Made by a program: the position numbers and the translations under genes. A DNA stretch of 64,000 nt. Origin: an uncultured Acetobacteraceae bacterium. Its GTDB lineage: Bacteria > Pseudomonadota > Alphaproteobacteria > CACIAM-22H2. The stretch covers positions 8,681 through 72,680 of the forward strand of contig CAYSUY010000001.1 in assembly GCA_964434345.1 (NCBI GenBank), in the 5' to 3' direction. The notes beneath the pieces are model-generated. The model worked only from the letters and a program-made list of their open reading frames with translations. It had not been told where the DNA came from and ran no database searches. Positions within the stretch are counted from its first letter, which is position 1. Each line of letters starts with the position of its first letter. Positions 52,522 to 60,751 of the stretch are shown piece by piece.

Positions 52522-54834
52522 TCAGCCCATGTACTTCGTGAAGGGCTTGCGGGTGATCCATTTGCCGGTGGCCCGGAAATAGGCATGCACGAAGGCCGGC
52601 GGCGGCGGACCCATCGGCGGTTCACCCGCCTCCGAGAACCGCTCATGGCCGGAATTGCCGCCGAAATGGACGTGGATCTCCTGCGGCAGCAACGGATCGG
52701 CCTGCCGCATCGCGCGGTAGCCGTCGAGATTGCCTTCGACGATCGCGCCGTTCGAGACGTTGAGTTCCTCGTGCAGCGACGAACTCAGCGCCATGATCAC
52801 GCCGCCCTCCATCTGCGCGCGAACCGCATCCGGATTGATGACGCTGCCGAGGTCGAAGGCGACATCGACGCGCGGGATCGCCACGTTGCCGCGACGCGAC
52901 ACCTCGACCGTCACGATCGTCGCCACGGTCGAACCGCTGAACGGCACCGGCGCGCCGTCCTGGGTCGTCGCCATCGCCCAGTTGCCGATGGCGACGCCCT
53001 GCGCCGTGCCACGCGGAAGGCTCTGGCCCCAGTTCGCCTTCTGCGCGACCTCGTCGAGCGTCTTGATCCAGCCCTTGTCGGGGAAATTCGCCAGGAGCCG
53101 GCGGCGGTACTCGACCGCGTCGATCTTGGCGGTTTCCGCGCAGTTGTTGATGAAGGTCTCCAGGAAGAAGCAATTGCTCACGAACACCGGGCCACGGAAC
53201 GGACCGGTCATGATGTTGGTGGCGAAAGGTTTCGTGCGCCCCCGGAAATTCGGGATCGCGAACTGGTACGGCGTATCCGTCAGGTTGCGTCCGATGGGGC
53301 GCGACGCCGCCTGGTTGATGTCGACCGCCTTCGGCATGCCGTCGTCGCCGAGCGTCGCCGTGATCTTCGCGGCGGCGATGTCGCGATAGCGGCCCTGACG
53401 CGTCGTCTCCTCACGCGTCCAGATCACCTTGACCGGCTTGCCGGCCATCTTCTTCGCGATCGCGACTACCGTGCGGACGTCGTCGCCGTAGATACGGCGA
53501 CCGCAACCGACCCCGACATACGTCGCATGGACATGCACCTTCTCGGGATGCAGGCCCGTTTCGTCGGCTGCGACGTACATCGCCTGCTGCGCGTGCTGGG
53601 TGGAGATCCAGACGTCGCAGCGATCGGCGGTCACGAGCGCCGTGCCGTTGAGCGGCTCCATCAGGAAATGGTCCTGATAGGGAGTCATGAACTCCATCTC
53701 GACGCGCCGTCCCGTCTTGAGCGCCTCGTCGACATCGCCCTTGGCACGCAGGACGTTGCCGCGGCTGGTGTCCTTTGCCGCGTCGCCCAGCGCGGCGTAG
53801 ATCGACTGGGTCGTCGTCCATTTGGCCCCGTCGCCGGCGTCCCAGTCCACGGGCAGCATGTCCAGCGCGACCTTGGCCTGCCAGAAATGATCGGCGATCA
53901 CCGCCACGGCAGCCTGCGGACCGTTGGTGGTCGCCGACATGCCCATCGGCGCGGTGACGCGGTCGGGAAGGCCGCGCCCGCCCTCGGCGGGATCGACCAC
54001 CACGACTGCGCGAACGCCCGGCATCGCCTTGATCGCATCGAAATTGACGCTCTTCAGCTTGCCGCCATGGGCGGGTACGTGACGCACCGTCGCGTACACC
54101 ATGCCCGGCACCTGGACGTCGAGCCCGTAGATCGCGCTGCCGTCGAGGATGTGCTGGAGGTTGATGCGCTTGCGCGACGTCTTGCCGAGGAATGTCCACT
54201 CGGCGCGCGGCTTGAGGTCGGGCTCCTTGTCGAGTTTCACCGCGGCGGCCTCGGCGGCCACCTCGCCATAGGTGAGCCGGCGGTTGCTCGCGGCGTGGAC
54301 GAGGGTGCTGTTCTCGGCCTTCACCTGATCGACGGGAACGCCCCAGCGCGTGGCCGCCGCGACGCGCAGACGCTCGCGGGCGCTGGCGCCGATCTGGAGC
54401 AGTTGCTCCATCATCTCCTTGCCGGTCGAACGGCCCGAGAAATAGGCGAGGCCACCGGTCTTCGAGTAGAGATTGTTCTCCCTGAGGTTCCGGTTCGGCG
54501 GCATGTACTCGCCGCGCACGAGGTTCCAGTCGCAACCGAGTTCCTCGGTGACGATCATCGCCATGCCGGTGTGAACGCCGTTGCCCAACTCGCTCTTGAC
54601 GGTGCGGATGGTCACGGTGTTGTCCGGAGCGATCGAGACGACGCCGGTGAATTCGGCGCCCGTGCTCTGCTGGCCCGGATTGCGCGAGCCCAGCGCTGCG
54701 GCGGCCTGTTCGGCGGGCAGGATCCCGACCGTCAGTCCACCGGCCATGGCGGCGGCGCTGACCAGGAAAGTGCGGCGCCCGAGTTCGACGGTCGATCCGA
54801 CGGAGGGAGCGAAATCGGTCTGATGCTTTGTCAT
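52522..54834 (-). CDS. molybdopterin-binding large subunit of a xanthine-oxidase-family hydroxylase (IorB-type), Tat signal, copy 2
   Basis: Start at MTKHQTDF..LGRRTFLVSAAAMAGG (54834). 770 aa, occupying the 3' part of track ORF 52522..55230. Confidence 0.9.
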   Translation of the reverse strand: MTKHQTDFAPSVGSTVELGRRTFLVSAAAMAGGLTVGILPAEQAAAALGSRNPGQQSTGAEFTGVVSIAPDNTVTIRTVKSELGNGVHTGMAMIVTEELGCDWNLVRGEYMPPNRNLRENNLYSKTGGLAYFSGRSTGKEMMEQLLQIGASARERLRVAAATRWGVPVDQVKAENSTLVHAASNRRLTYGEVAAEAAAVKLDKEPDLKPRAEWTFLGKTSRKRINLQHILDGSAIYGLDVQVPGMVYATVRHVPAHGGKLKSVNFDAIKAMPGVRAVVVVDPAEGGRGLPDRVTAPMGMSATTNGPQAAVAVIADHFWQAKVALDMLPVDWDAGDGAKWTTTQSIYAALGDAAKDTSRGNVLRAKGDVDEALKTGRRVEMEFMTPYQDHFLMEPLNGTALVTADRCDVWISTQHAQQAMYVAADETGLHPEKVHVHATYVGVGCGRRIYGDDVRTVVAIAKKMAGKPVKVIWTREETTRQGRYRDIAAAKITATLGDDGMPKAVDINQAASRPIGRNLTDTPYQFAIPNFRGRTKPFATNIMTGPFRGPVFVSNCFFLETFINNCAETAKIDAVEYRRRLLANFPDKGWIKTLDEVAQKANWGQSLPRGTAQGVAIGNWAMATTQDGAPVPFSGSTVATIVTVEVSRRGNVAIPRVDVAFDLGSVINPDAVRAQMEGGVIMALSSSLHEELNVSNGAIVEGNLDGYRAMRQADPLLPQEIHVHFGGNSGHERFSEAGEPPMGPPPPAFVHAYFRATGKWITRKPFTKYMG

Positions 54835-54845
54835 CGCGACCTCCC

Positions 54846-55298
54846 TCAGACGAGTTCCGCGGCGCGGCGGACCGCGGCGCGGATCTTCAGGTAGGTGCCG
54901 CAGCGGCACAGATTGTTCATCGCTTGGTCGATATCGGCGTCCGACGGCTTGGAGTTGCGGGCGAGCAGGCCGACAGCGGCCATGATCTGACCCGACTGGC
55001 AGAAGCCGCATTGCGGGACGTCGAGTTCTGCCCAGGCGCGCTGCACCGCATGCGTCCGGTCGGGAGACAGGCCCTCGATGGTGACGATCGACTTGCCGAC
55101 GGCCTGGGCCGCCGGGATGTTGCACGAGCGCGCGGCCTGACCGTCGATGGTGACGGTGCAGGCGCCGCATTGGTTGATGCCGCAGCCATATTTCGTGCCG
55201 GTCATCGCCAGATGGTCCCGGAGCACCCACAGCAGCGGCGTTTGCGGATCGGCGTCGACCGAAACGGTCTTGCCGTTCACCTTGAGATCGAATGCCAT
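54846..55298 (-). CDS. (2Fe-2S)-binding small subunit, copy 2
   Basis: 150 aa. [45 protein letters not shown] upstream. Confidence 0.9.
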   Translation of the reverse strand: MAFDLKVNGKTVSVDADPQTPLLWVLRDHLAMTGTKYGCGINQCGACTVTIDGQAARSCNIPAAQAVGKSIVTIEGLSPDRTHAVQRAWAELDVPQCGFCQSGQIMAAVGLLARNSKPSDADIDQAMNNLCRCGTYLKIRAAVRRAAELV

Positions 55299-55520
55299 TC
55301 GCGTCCCTCCATTCCCTTTGTCGCGATGCGCGCCCCGAGGGGGCGCAGGACAGGACCTCCCACCCGAGGCCCGGCGGGATCCTGTACGGATCTTCTCGCC
55401 GACGAAGACGCTACAACCGGGACCGGCGTCGCGCCATGCGGAAACGGTATTCCGCTCCCGCGTCAGGTGCGGGGGCGGGCAGGAACGTCATGCGCGATGG
55501 GCCCGGTCTTCCCGGGGGCC

Positions 55521-56648
55521 TTACCCCAGCGTGAAGGCCTCGTGTACGGCCGACTGGACGGCGCCACCGAGCACCGCTCCGCCGCCGGCGACATAGACCC
55601 AGTCACCGATCGTCACCGCCGCGACGGCGTGCCGCGGCGTGATCATCGGCGCATGGCTCTGCCAGGCGTCGGTCGCCGGGTCATAGCTTTCCATCTGTCC
55701 AAAGACCTTGGCGTCGAGCGTCCTGCCGCGTTCGATGATTCCGCCCTCGCCGCCCATGCAGAAGAAGCGGCCGCGATACACGACCATGCCGTGGCCGGAG
55801 CGGGCGGTGGGCAGCGGCGCGCGCTCTTCCCATGTGTCCCTCTGGGGGAGGTAAACGTGATGGAGATCGGTGTTGTACTGGAAGGTGTTGAAGCGTCCGC
55901 CCACGACATGGACGAGACCCGCATGCGCCACGCAGCCGACATGGTCGCGCGCGCCGGGCAGCGGGCGGCGCAGTTCCCACGCGTCCGCGACGGGGTCATA
56001 GACCTCGTGCCAGCCGATGCTCGCGCGCTCCGGCGCCGGATCGGTGGCCCCGCCGATCAGATGCACCTTGCCGTCGAGGATCACGGCCGCCGCCGCGCCG
56101 CGCGGGCGCGGCAGCGGCGCGATCTCGCGCCAGCGATCCTCCTTGACCTCGTAGGCGAAGGCCTTGTCGTCGCAGCGCCGGTTCTGCTCGATGAAGCCCC
56201 CCATCGCGTAGACGCGCCCGGCATCCGCCGCGACCGCGACATGGTTGGCACCGCGCGGCAGCGGCGCGGCGTCGAGCCAGGCGTTCGCGACGGGGTCGTA
56301 GACCGTGTGATAGGCGCGGTTCACCCGGCCTTCGCCATAGCCGCCCACGACATGCATCCGTCCGTCCCAGACCGTGGCCCAGGCCATCTCGCTGCGCGGG
56401 ATCGGCATGTCGGCGCGGGACACCCATCGGCCCGCGGGTCCGGCGGGGGCCGGGCTTGCCGACACGCGCTGCGCCTCCTGCTCGGGCGTCAGGTGATGCG
56501 GCGCGCCACCCTGCATGAGGTTGTGGAAGCGATGCGGCGACGGCGCGGCCGGTCGCAGGGCGGGGCCGTGATTGGCGTGCTGGGCCCGCGCCAGGGACGG
56601 GGCCAGCAGCGTGGCGCCCGCGGCGCCGAGCAGGAAGCGGCGATTCAT
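55521..56648 (-). CDS. Kelch-repeat beta-propeller protein with Tat signal and His-rich N-terminal segment
   Basis: N-terminus MNRRFLLGAAGATLLAPSLARA, followed by 6 His within about 35 aa. Repeated motifs: GR.Y..GG... / Y DP..D.W. Confidence 0.8.
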   Translation of the reverse strand: MNRRFLLGAAGATLLAPSLARAQHANHGPALRPAAPSPHRFHNLMQGGAPHHLTPEQEAQRVSASPAPAGPAGRWVSRADMPIPRSEMAWATVWDGRMHVVGGYGEGRVNRAYHTVYDPVANAWLDAAPLPRGANHVAVAADAGRVYAMGGFIEQNRRCDDKAFAYEVKEDRWREIAPLPRPRGAAAAVILDGKVHLIGGATDPAPERASIGWHEVYDPVADAWELRRPLPGARDHVGCVAHAGLVHVVGGRFNTFQYNTDLHHVYLPQRDTWEERAPLPTARSGHGMVVYRGRFFCMGGEGGIIERGRTLDAKVFGQMESYDPATDAWQSHAPMITPRHAVAAVTIGDWVYVAGGGAVLGGAVQSAVHEAFTLG

Positions 56649-56718
56649 GATCCCTACCTCGCACGAAACTTGACCCGGCGAGGGTAGCGCCGCGCGGCGG
56701 TGACCGGAAGCGCGCCCG

Positions 56719-57666
56719 TCATCGATATTCGATGCGCGGATCGATATAGGCGTAGAGGACGTCGACCAGCAGGTTCATCAGCACGTAGATCACCAGGATG
56801 AACAGGATGCAGCCCTGGATCAGCGGATAGTCGCGCGATCCGATGGCCTGGATCAGCAGTCGCCCGAGGCCCGGATAGGTGAACACGGCCTCGGTGACGA
56901 CCGTGCCGCCGATGAAATTGGCCAGCATCAGTCCGACGATCGTGACGAAGGGCAGCAATGCGTTGCGCATCACGTGCCGCCCGACGACGTCGCGCTCCGG
57001 CAGTCCCTTCGACCGCGCCGTGCGGACGTAGTCGGCCTTGAGTTCGCTCAGCAGCGAGGCGCGCAGGAAGCGCGCGAAGATGCCCGACACGTACGTGCCG
57101 AGGGTCAGGGCCGGCATTGCCGTGTTGCGCAGCGCCTGAAGCGGCGAATCGAAGAAGGACACATAGGCCGAGGCCGACGGCAGCCAGCGCAGTTCGACCG
57201 AGAAGAGTAGGATGAGCAGGATCCCGAGCCAGAAGGTGGGCACGCCCAGCGCCAGCGCACTCCATCCGCTCAGCGCGCGGTCGATCCAGGAACCCGGCCA
57301 GATCGCGCTGGCGATCGCCACGGGGATCCCGAGCAGCAGGCCCACGAGGGTCGCGCAGAAGCCAAGCTGGAGGGTCGCCGGGACGCGCTGCATGATGAGA
57401 TGCAGCACGGGTTCGCGCGCATGCAGCGAGGCCCCGAGATCGCCGGTCATGGCGCTGGTCAGCCAGGCCCAGTACTGGACCAGGACCGGCCGGTCGAGGC
57501 CGAGGCGCTGCGTAACCTCGCGGATCTGCTCGGGATTGGCGTTCTCGCCGACGATGCTCGCGACCGGTCCGCCGGGCACGGCATAGATCATCGCCCAGAT
57601 CCCGAGGGATGCGAGCAGCAGCACCGGCAGCAATTGCAGCAGCCGGCGGACGATGTAGCCGGTCAT
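56719..57666 (-). CDS. peptide/nickel-type ABC transporter permease (DppB/OppB-like)
   Basis: 315 aa. N-terminus MTGYIVRRLLQLLPVLL, and YVRTARSKGLPERDVVGRHVMRNALLP. Confidence 0.9.
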   Translation of the reverse strand: MTGYIVRRLLQLLPVLLLASLGIWAMIYAVPGGPVASIVGENANPEQIREVTQRLGLDRPVLVQYWAWLTSAMTGDLGASLHAREPVLHLIMQRVPATLQLGFCATLVGLLLGIPVAIASAIWPGSWIDRALSGWSALALGVPTFWLGILLILLFSVELRWLPSASAYVSFFDSPLQALRNTAMPALTLGTYVSGIFARFLRASLLSELKADYVRTARSKGLPERDVVGRHVMRNALLPFVTIVGLMLANFIGGTVVTEAVFTYPGLGRLLIQAIGSRDYPLIQGCILFILVIYVLMNLLVDVLYAYIDPRIEYR

Positions 57667-58547
57667 CTTCCGCTCCCTTCGGAGGACGCGCCCGCGACCT
57701 CGCGGCGATCCTCGAGAACGGTCGCGAGGGTCCGGCCAAGCGTATCGAGCGACAGGATGGTCAAGGTGAGCGCGATCCCCGGCAGCACGGCGTAGGTCGG
57801 TGCCTCGTAGAGGAAGGACTTCCCGGTACGCAGAAGATCGCCCCAGCTCGGCGTGGGCGGCGGAATGCCGACGCCGAGGAAGGACAGCGCGGCCTCGAGC
57901 AGGATGGCGACCGAGGAGAGCACGACGACCTGGACCAGGATCGGGCTCCAGGAATTGGGCAGCACGGTCCTGAACATCGTGTAGGCCGAAGATCCACCGA
58001 GCGCCTCGACGGCAAGCACGAAATCGCGCTGGCGCAGCGACAGGACCTGGGCACGGGTGATGCGTGCGAAGCTGGGCACGCCGGTGATCCCCACGGCGAC
58101 CAGGGCGGCGAGCTGGCTGCGCCCGAGCACAGCGATCATCGCCATGGCGAAGAGGATCCCCGGAAGCGCCAGCAGCACGTCGATGATCCGCATCAGCACC
58201 GCGTCGCGCCAGCCGCCGAAGAAACCGGCGACGAGGCCGATCGGGATGCCGATGCAGGCGGCGATGGCGACCGCGCCCGCGGCCGTGATCAGGGATGTGC
58301 GCGCGCCGTAGATGACGCGGGCCAGCAGATCGCGTCCGAGTTCGTCGGCGCCGAACCAGTAGCGCGCCGAGGGCGGCTCGAGGCTGGCGCTGACATCCTG
58401 CAGAAGCGGATCGATCGGCAGGACCCAGGGCGCGAGGAAGGCGAGCAGCAGGGTGAGGAGCAGAAACGATCCGCTCAGCAACGCGCCAGGATGGGAGAAC
58501 AGCCGCTTCGCGGTTTCGATGCGGCGCTGCGTACGGCGTGCGGTCAT
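57663..58547 (-). CDS. peptide/nickel-type ABC transporter permease (DppC/OppC-like)
   Basis: Start at Met at 58547, overlapping the ATPase stop (ATGA). WFGADELGRDLLARVIYGAR, RDFVLAVEALGGS. Confidence 0.9.
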   Translation of the reverse strand: MTARRTQRRIETAKRLFSHPGALLSGSFLLLTLLLAFLAPWVLPIDPLLQDVSASLEPPSARYWFGADELGRDLLARVIYGARTSLITAAGAVAIAACIGIPIGLVAGFFGGWRDAVLMRIIDVLLALPGILFAMAMIAVLGRSQLAALVAVGITGVPSFARITRAQVLSLRQRDFVLAVEALGGSSAYTMFRTVLPNSWSPILVQVVVLSSVAILLEAALSFLGVGIPPPTPSWGDLLRTGKSFLYEAPTYAVLPGIALTLTILSLDTLGRTLATVLEDRREVAGASSEGSGR

Positions 58548-60604
58548 CGCGCGGCTCCCGCGAGGATGGACGCGTCGAGCGGTCCCGCATGGTGGCACGC
58601 GCTGCGCGTCGTGCCGCCGGGCTGTGCGACGAAGGCCGGGCGTTCGCGCGCGCAGATCTCCGTCGCGCGGAAGCAGCGCGGATGGAAGGCGCAGCCCGAG
58701 GGCGGACGCGCGGGGCTCGGGATGTCGCCCTGCAGGACGATCCGCTTGCGCCGGCTCCGGGACGCCGGATCGGGCACGGGCACGGCCGAGAGCAGGGACT
58801 GGGTGTAGGGATGCGTGGGACGCTCGTAGAGATCGGTCTTGCCGCTCTCCTCGACGATGCGGCCGAGATACATCACGGCGACCCGGTCCGAGATGTGGCG
58901 CACCACCGACAGGTCATGCGCGACGAAGAGGTAGGCGAGGCGCAACTCGCGCTGCAGGTCCTGAAGCAGGTTGATCACTTGCGCCTGGATCGAGACGTCG
59001 AGCGCCGCGACCGGCTCGTCGAGGATCAGCAGGCGTGGCTGGAGCGCGAGGGCGCGCGCGATGCCGATGCGCTGGCGTTGCCCGCCCGAAAATTCGCTGG
59101 GGAAGCGGTCCAGCATGGTGCGCGACAGGCCCACCAGTTCGAACAATTCGGCGATCCGCTTCTCGCCGCCCATCTCGTCGAACAGACCATGGATGTGCAG
59201 CGGCTCGGCCACGATGTCGCCGACCGTGCGCACGGGGTTCAGCGAGGCGTAGGGGTCCTGGAAGATATACTGCATGTTCCGCCGCACGCGGCGCATGTCG
59301 GCACGCGGCAGGTTCGTGATGTCCTGGCCGTCGAAGGCGACGCTGCCGCCGGTGGCGCGCACCAGGCCCATGATGGCCCGCGCGGTCGTCGTCTTGCCGC
59401 AGCCGGACTCGCCGACGAGCCCGAGCGTCTCGCCGGCGCGCAGGTCGAGGCTGACGCCGTCCACCGCGCGCACGGTCCCGACCTGACGGCGCAGCAGCCC
59501 GGCGCGGATCGGAAAATGAACGCGGAGATCGTCGACCCGCAGCAGGGGCGTCCCGGCAGCGGGTTTCTCGACCCGTGCCGGTGTCAGAGGGCGCGGTTCG
59601 GGGCGCCGCGCGGCGGTGTCGGCGGTCTCGGCCTCGGCTGCGAAATGGCAGGCGCTGGCATGGCCCTCGGCTCCGACCGCGACGAGCGCCGGCGCTTCTG
59701 CTGCGCAGATCGGCCGGTCGCGGCCGATCGGGCAGCGGGGATGGAAGGCGCAGCCGGACGGCATGCGGGCGGGTGCCGGCGGCTGTCCGGAGATCGGCAC
59801 CAGTCGTTCGTCGGCGCCGTCGATGCGCGGCAGGCTGCGCAGCAGGCCGATCGTGTAGGGATGGCGCGGCCGGGCGAAGATCTCCTCCACGCGTCCGGTC
59901 TCGACGATGCGTCCGCCATACATCACGGCGACGCGATGTGCGACCTCTGCGATGACGCCGAGATCATGCGTGATCAAGATCACCGCGGCACCGGACTCCG
60001 CCTGGCGACGGGCAAGGACCGACAGGACCTGTGCCTGGACGGTGACGTCGAGCGCCGTGGTCGGTTCGTCGGCGATGATGAGCCGCGGCTGGCCCGCCAT
60101 CGCCATCGCGATCACCGCGCGCTGGCGCATGCCGCCGGAGAATTGATGCGGGAACTGCCCGGCGCGCGCCGCCGGGTCGGGAATGTCGACTTCGCGCAGC
60201 AGGTCGATCGCGCGACCCGTGGCGGCGGCGCTGCCGATGCGGCCATGCGCGACCTGCCCCTCGATCACCTGACGCCCGATCGGCAGCACGGGATTGAGCG
60301 TCGTCGTCGGGTCCTGGAAGATCATGCCGACATCGTTGCCGCGCATGCGCCGCAAGGTCTCGCGGTCGGCTGTGGTGATCTCCACGCCGCCGAGCCGTAT
60401 CGACCCGGAGACGCGGGCGGTCGCCGGCAGCAACCCGGTGATCGCGAGCGATGTCACGCTCTTGCCGGAGCCGGACTCGCCGACGATCCCCAGGACCTCG
60501 TTGGCGTGGACGTCGAAATCGACGCCACGCACGGCCGGGACGCTGCGTCCGGATCCGGTGAAGGCGACGTCGAGGCCGCGAACGGAAAGGATGGGCTCAG
60601 CCAT
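58544..60604 (-). CDS. ABC transporter ATP-binding protein with duplicated ATPase domains (fused DppD/DppF type)
   Basis: 686 aa. Two Walker A motifs (GESGSGKS, GESGCGKT), two signatures (FSGGMRQR, FSGGQRQR), and oligopeptide C-terminal CAFHPRC motifs in both halves. Confidence 0.9.
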   Translation of the reverse strand: MAEPILSVRGLDVAFTGSGRSVPAVRGVDFDVHANEVLGIVGESGSGKSVTSLAITGLLPATARVSGSIRLGGVEITTADRETLRRMRGNDVGMIFQDPTTTLNPVLPIGRQVIEGQVAHGRIGSAAATGRAIDLLREVDIPDPAARAGQFPHQFSGGMRQRAVIAMAMAGQPRLIIADEPTTALDVTVQAQVLSVLARRQAESGAAVILITHDLGVIAEVAHRVAVMYGGRIVETGRVEEIFARPRHPYTIGLLRSLPRIDGADERLVPISGQPPAPARMPSGCAFHPRCPIGRDRPICAAEAPALVAVGAEGHASACHFAAEAETADTAARRPEPRPLTPARVEKPAAGTPLLRVDDLRVHFPIRAGLLRRQVGTVRAVDGVSLDLRAGETLGLVGESGCGKTTTARAIMGLVRATGGSVAFDGQDITNLPRADMRRVRRNMQYIFQDPYASLNPVRTVGDIVAEPLHIHGLFDEMGGEKRIAELFELVGLSRTMLDRFPSEFSGGQRQRIGIARALALQPRLLILDEPVAALDVSIQAQVINLLQDLQRELRLAYLFVAHDLSVVRHISDRVAVMYLGRIVEESGKTDLYERPTHPYTQSLLSAVPVPDPASRSRRKRIVLQGDIPSPARPPSGCAFHPRCFRATEICARERPAFVAQPGGTTRSACHHAGPLDASILAGAAR

Positions 60605-60693
60605 GTCGGGCGCTTGGTCCGGAACGCGGGAGGGCGAGGGAATGGCTGTTTCGCCTGGCCACGCCGGAGAACCGGGCGTGCACAGGGATATCC

Positions 60694-60741
60694 AGAGAAA
60701 GGAGGCGCCGCCGCGCCGCCGGGGATCCGGCGGCGCGGCGG
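60694..60741 (-). terminator. terminator/attenuator-like hairpin between the SBP gene and the ATPase gene
   Basis: On the minus strand: CCGCCGCGCCGCCGG-atcc-CCGGCGGCGCGGCGG (15-bp perfect stem), then CGCCUCCUUUCUCU. Begins 11 nt after the SBP stop. Confidence 0.45.
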
Positions 60742-60751
60742 TCCGGGCTCG

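Noticed and set aside
52096-54894. 932-aa + strand ORF opposite Mo-subunit copy 2
   Set aside because: Shadow ORF typical of high-GC DNA. It has no recognisable domain, whereas the minus-strand frame has clear xanthine-oxidase-family and Tat-signal features.
55299-55520. Possible molybdenum-cofactor (Moco) riboswitch in the leader of a Mo-enzyme operon
   Set aside because: It was an attractive idea because of the context, but I cannot recognise the Moco-motif consensus by eye. It is retained only as a generic structured leader and needs a covariance-model scan.
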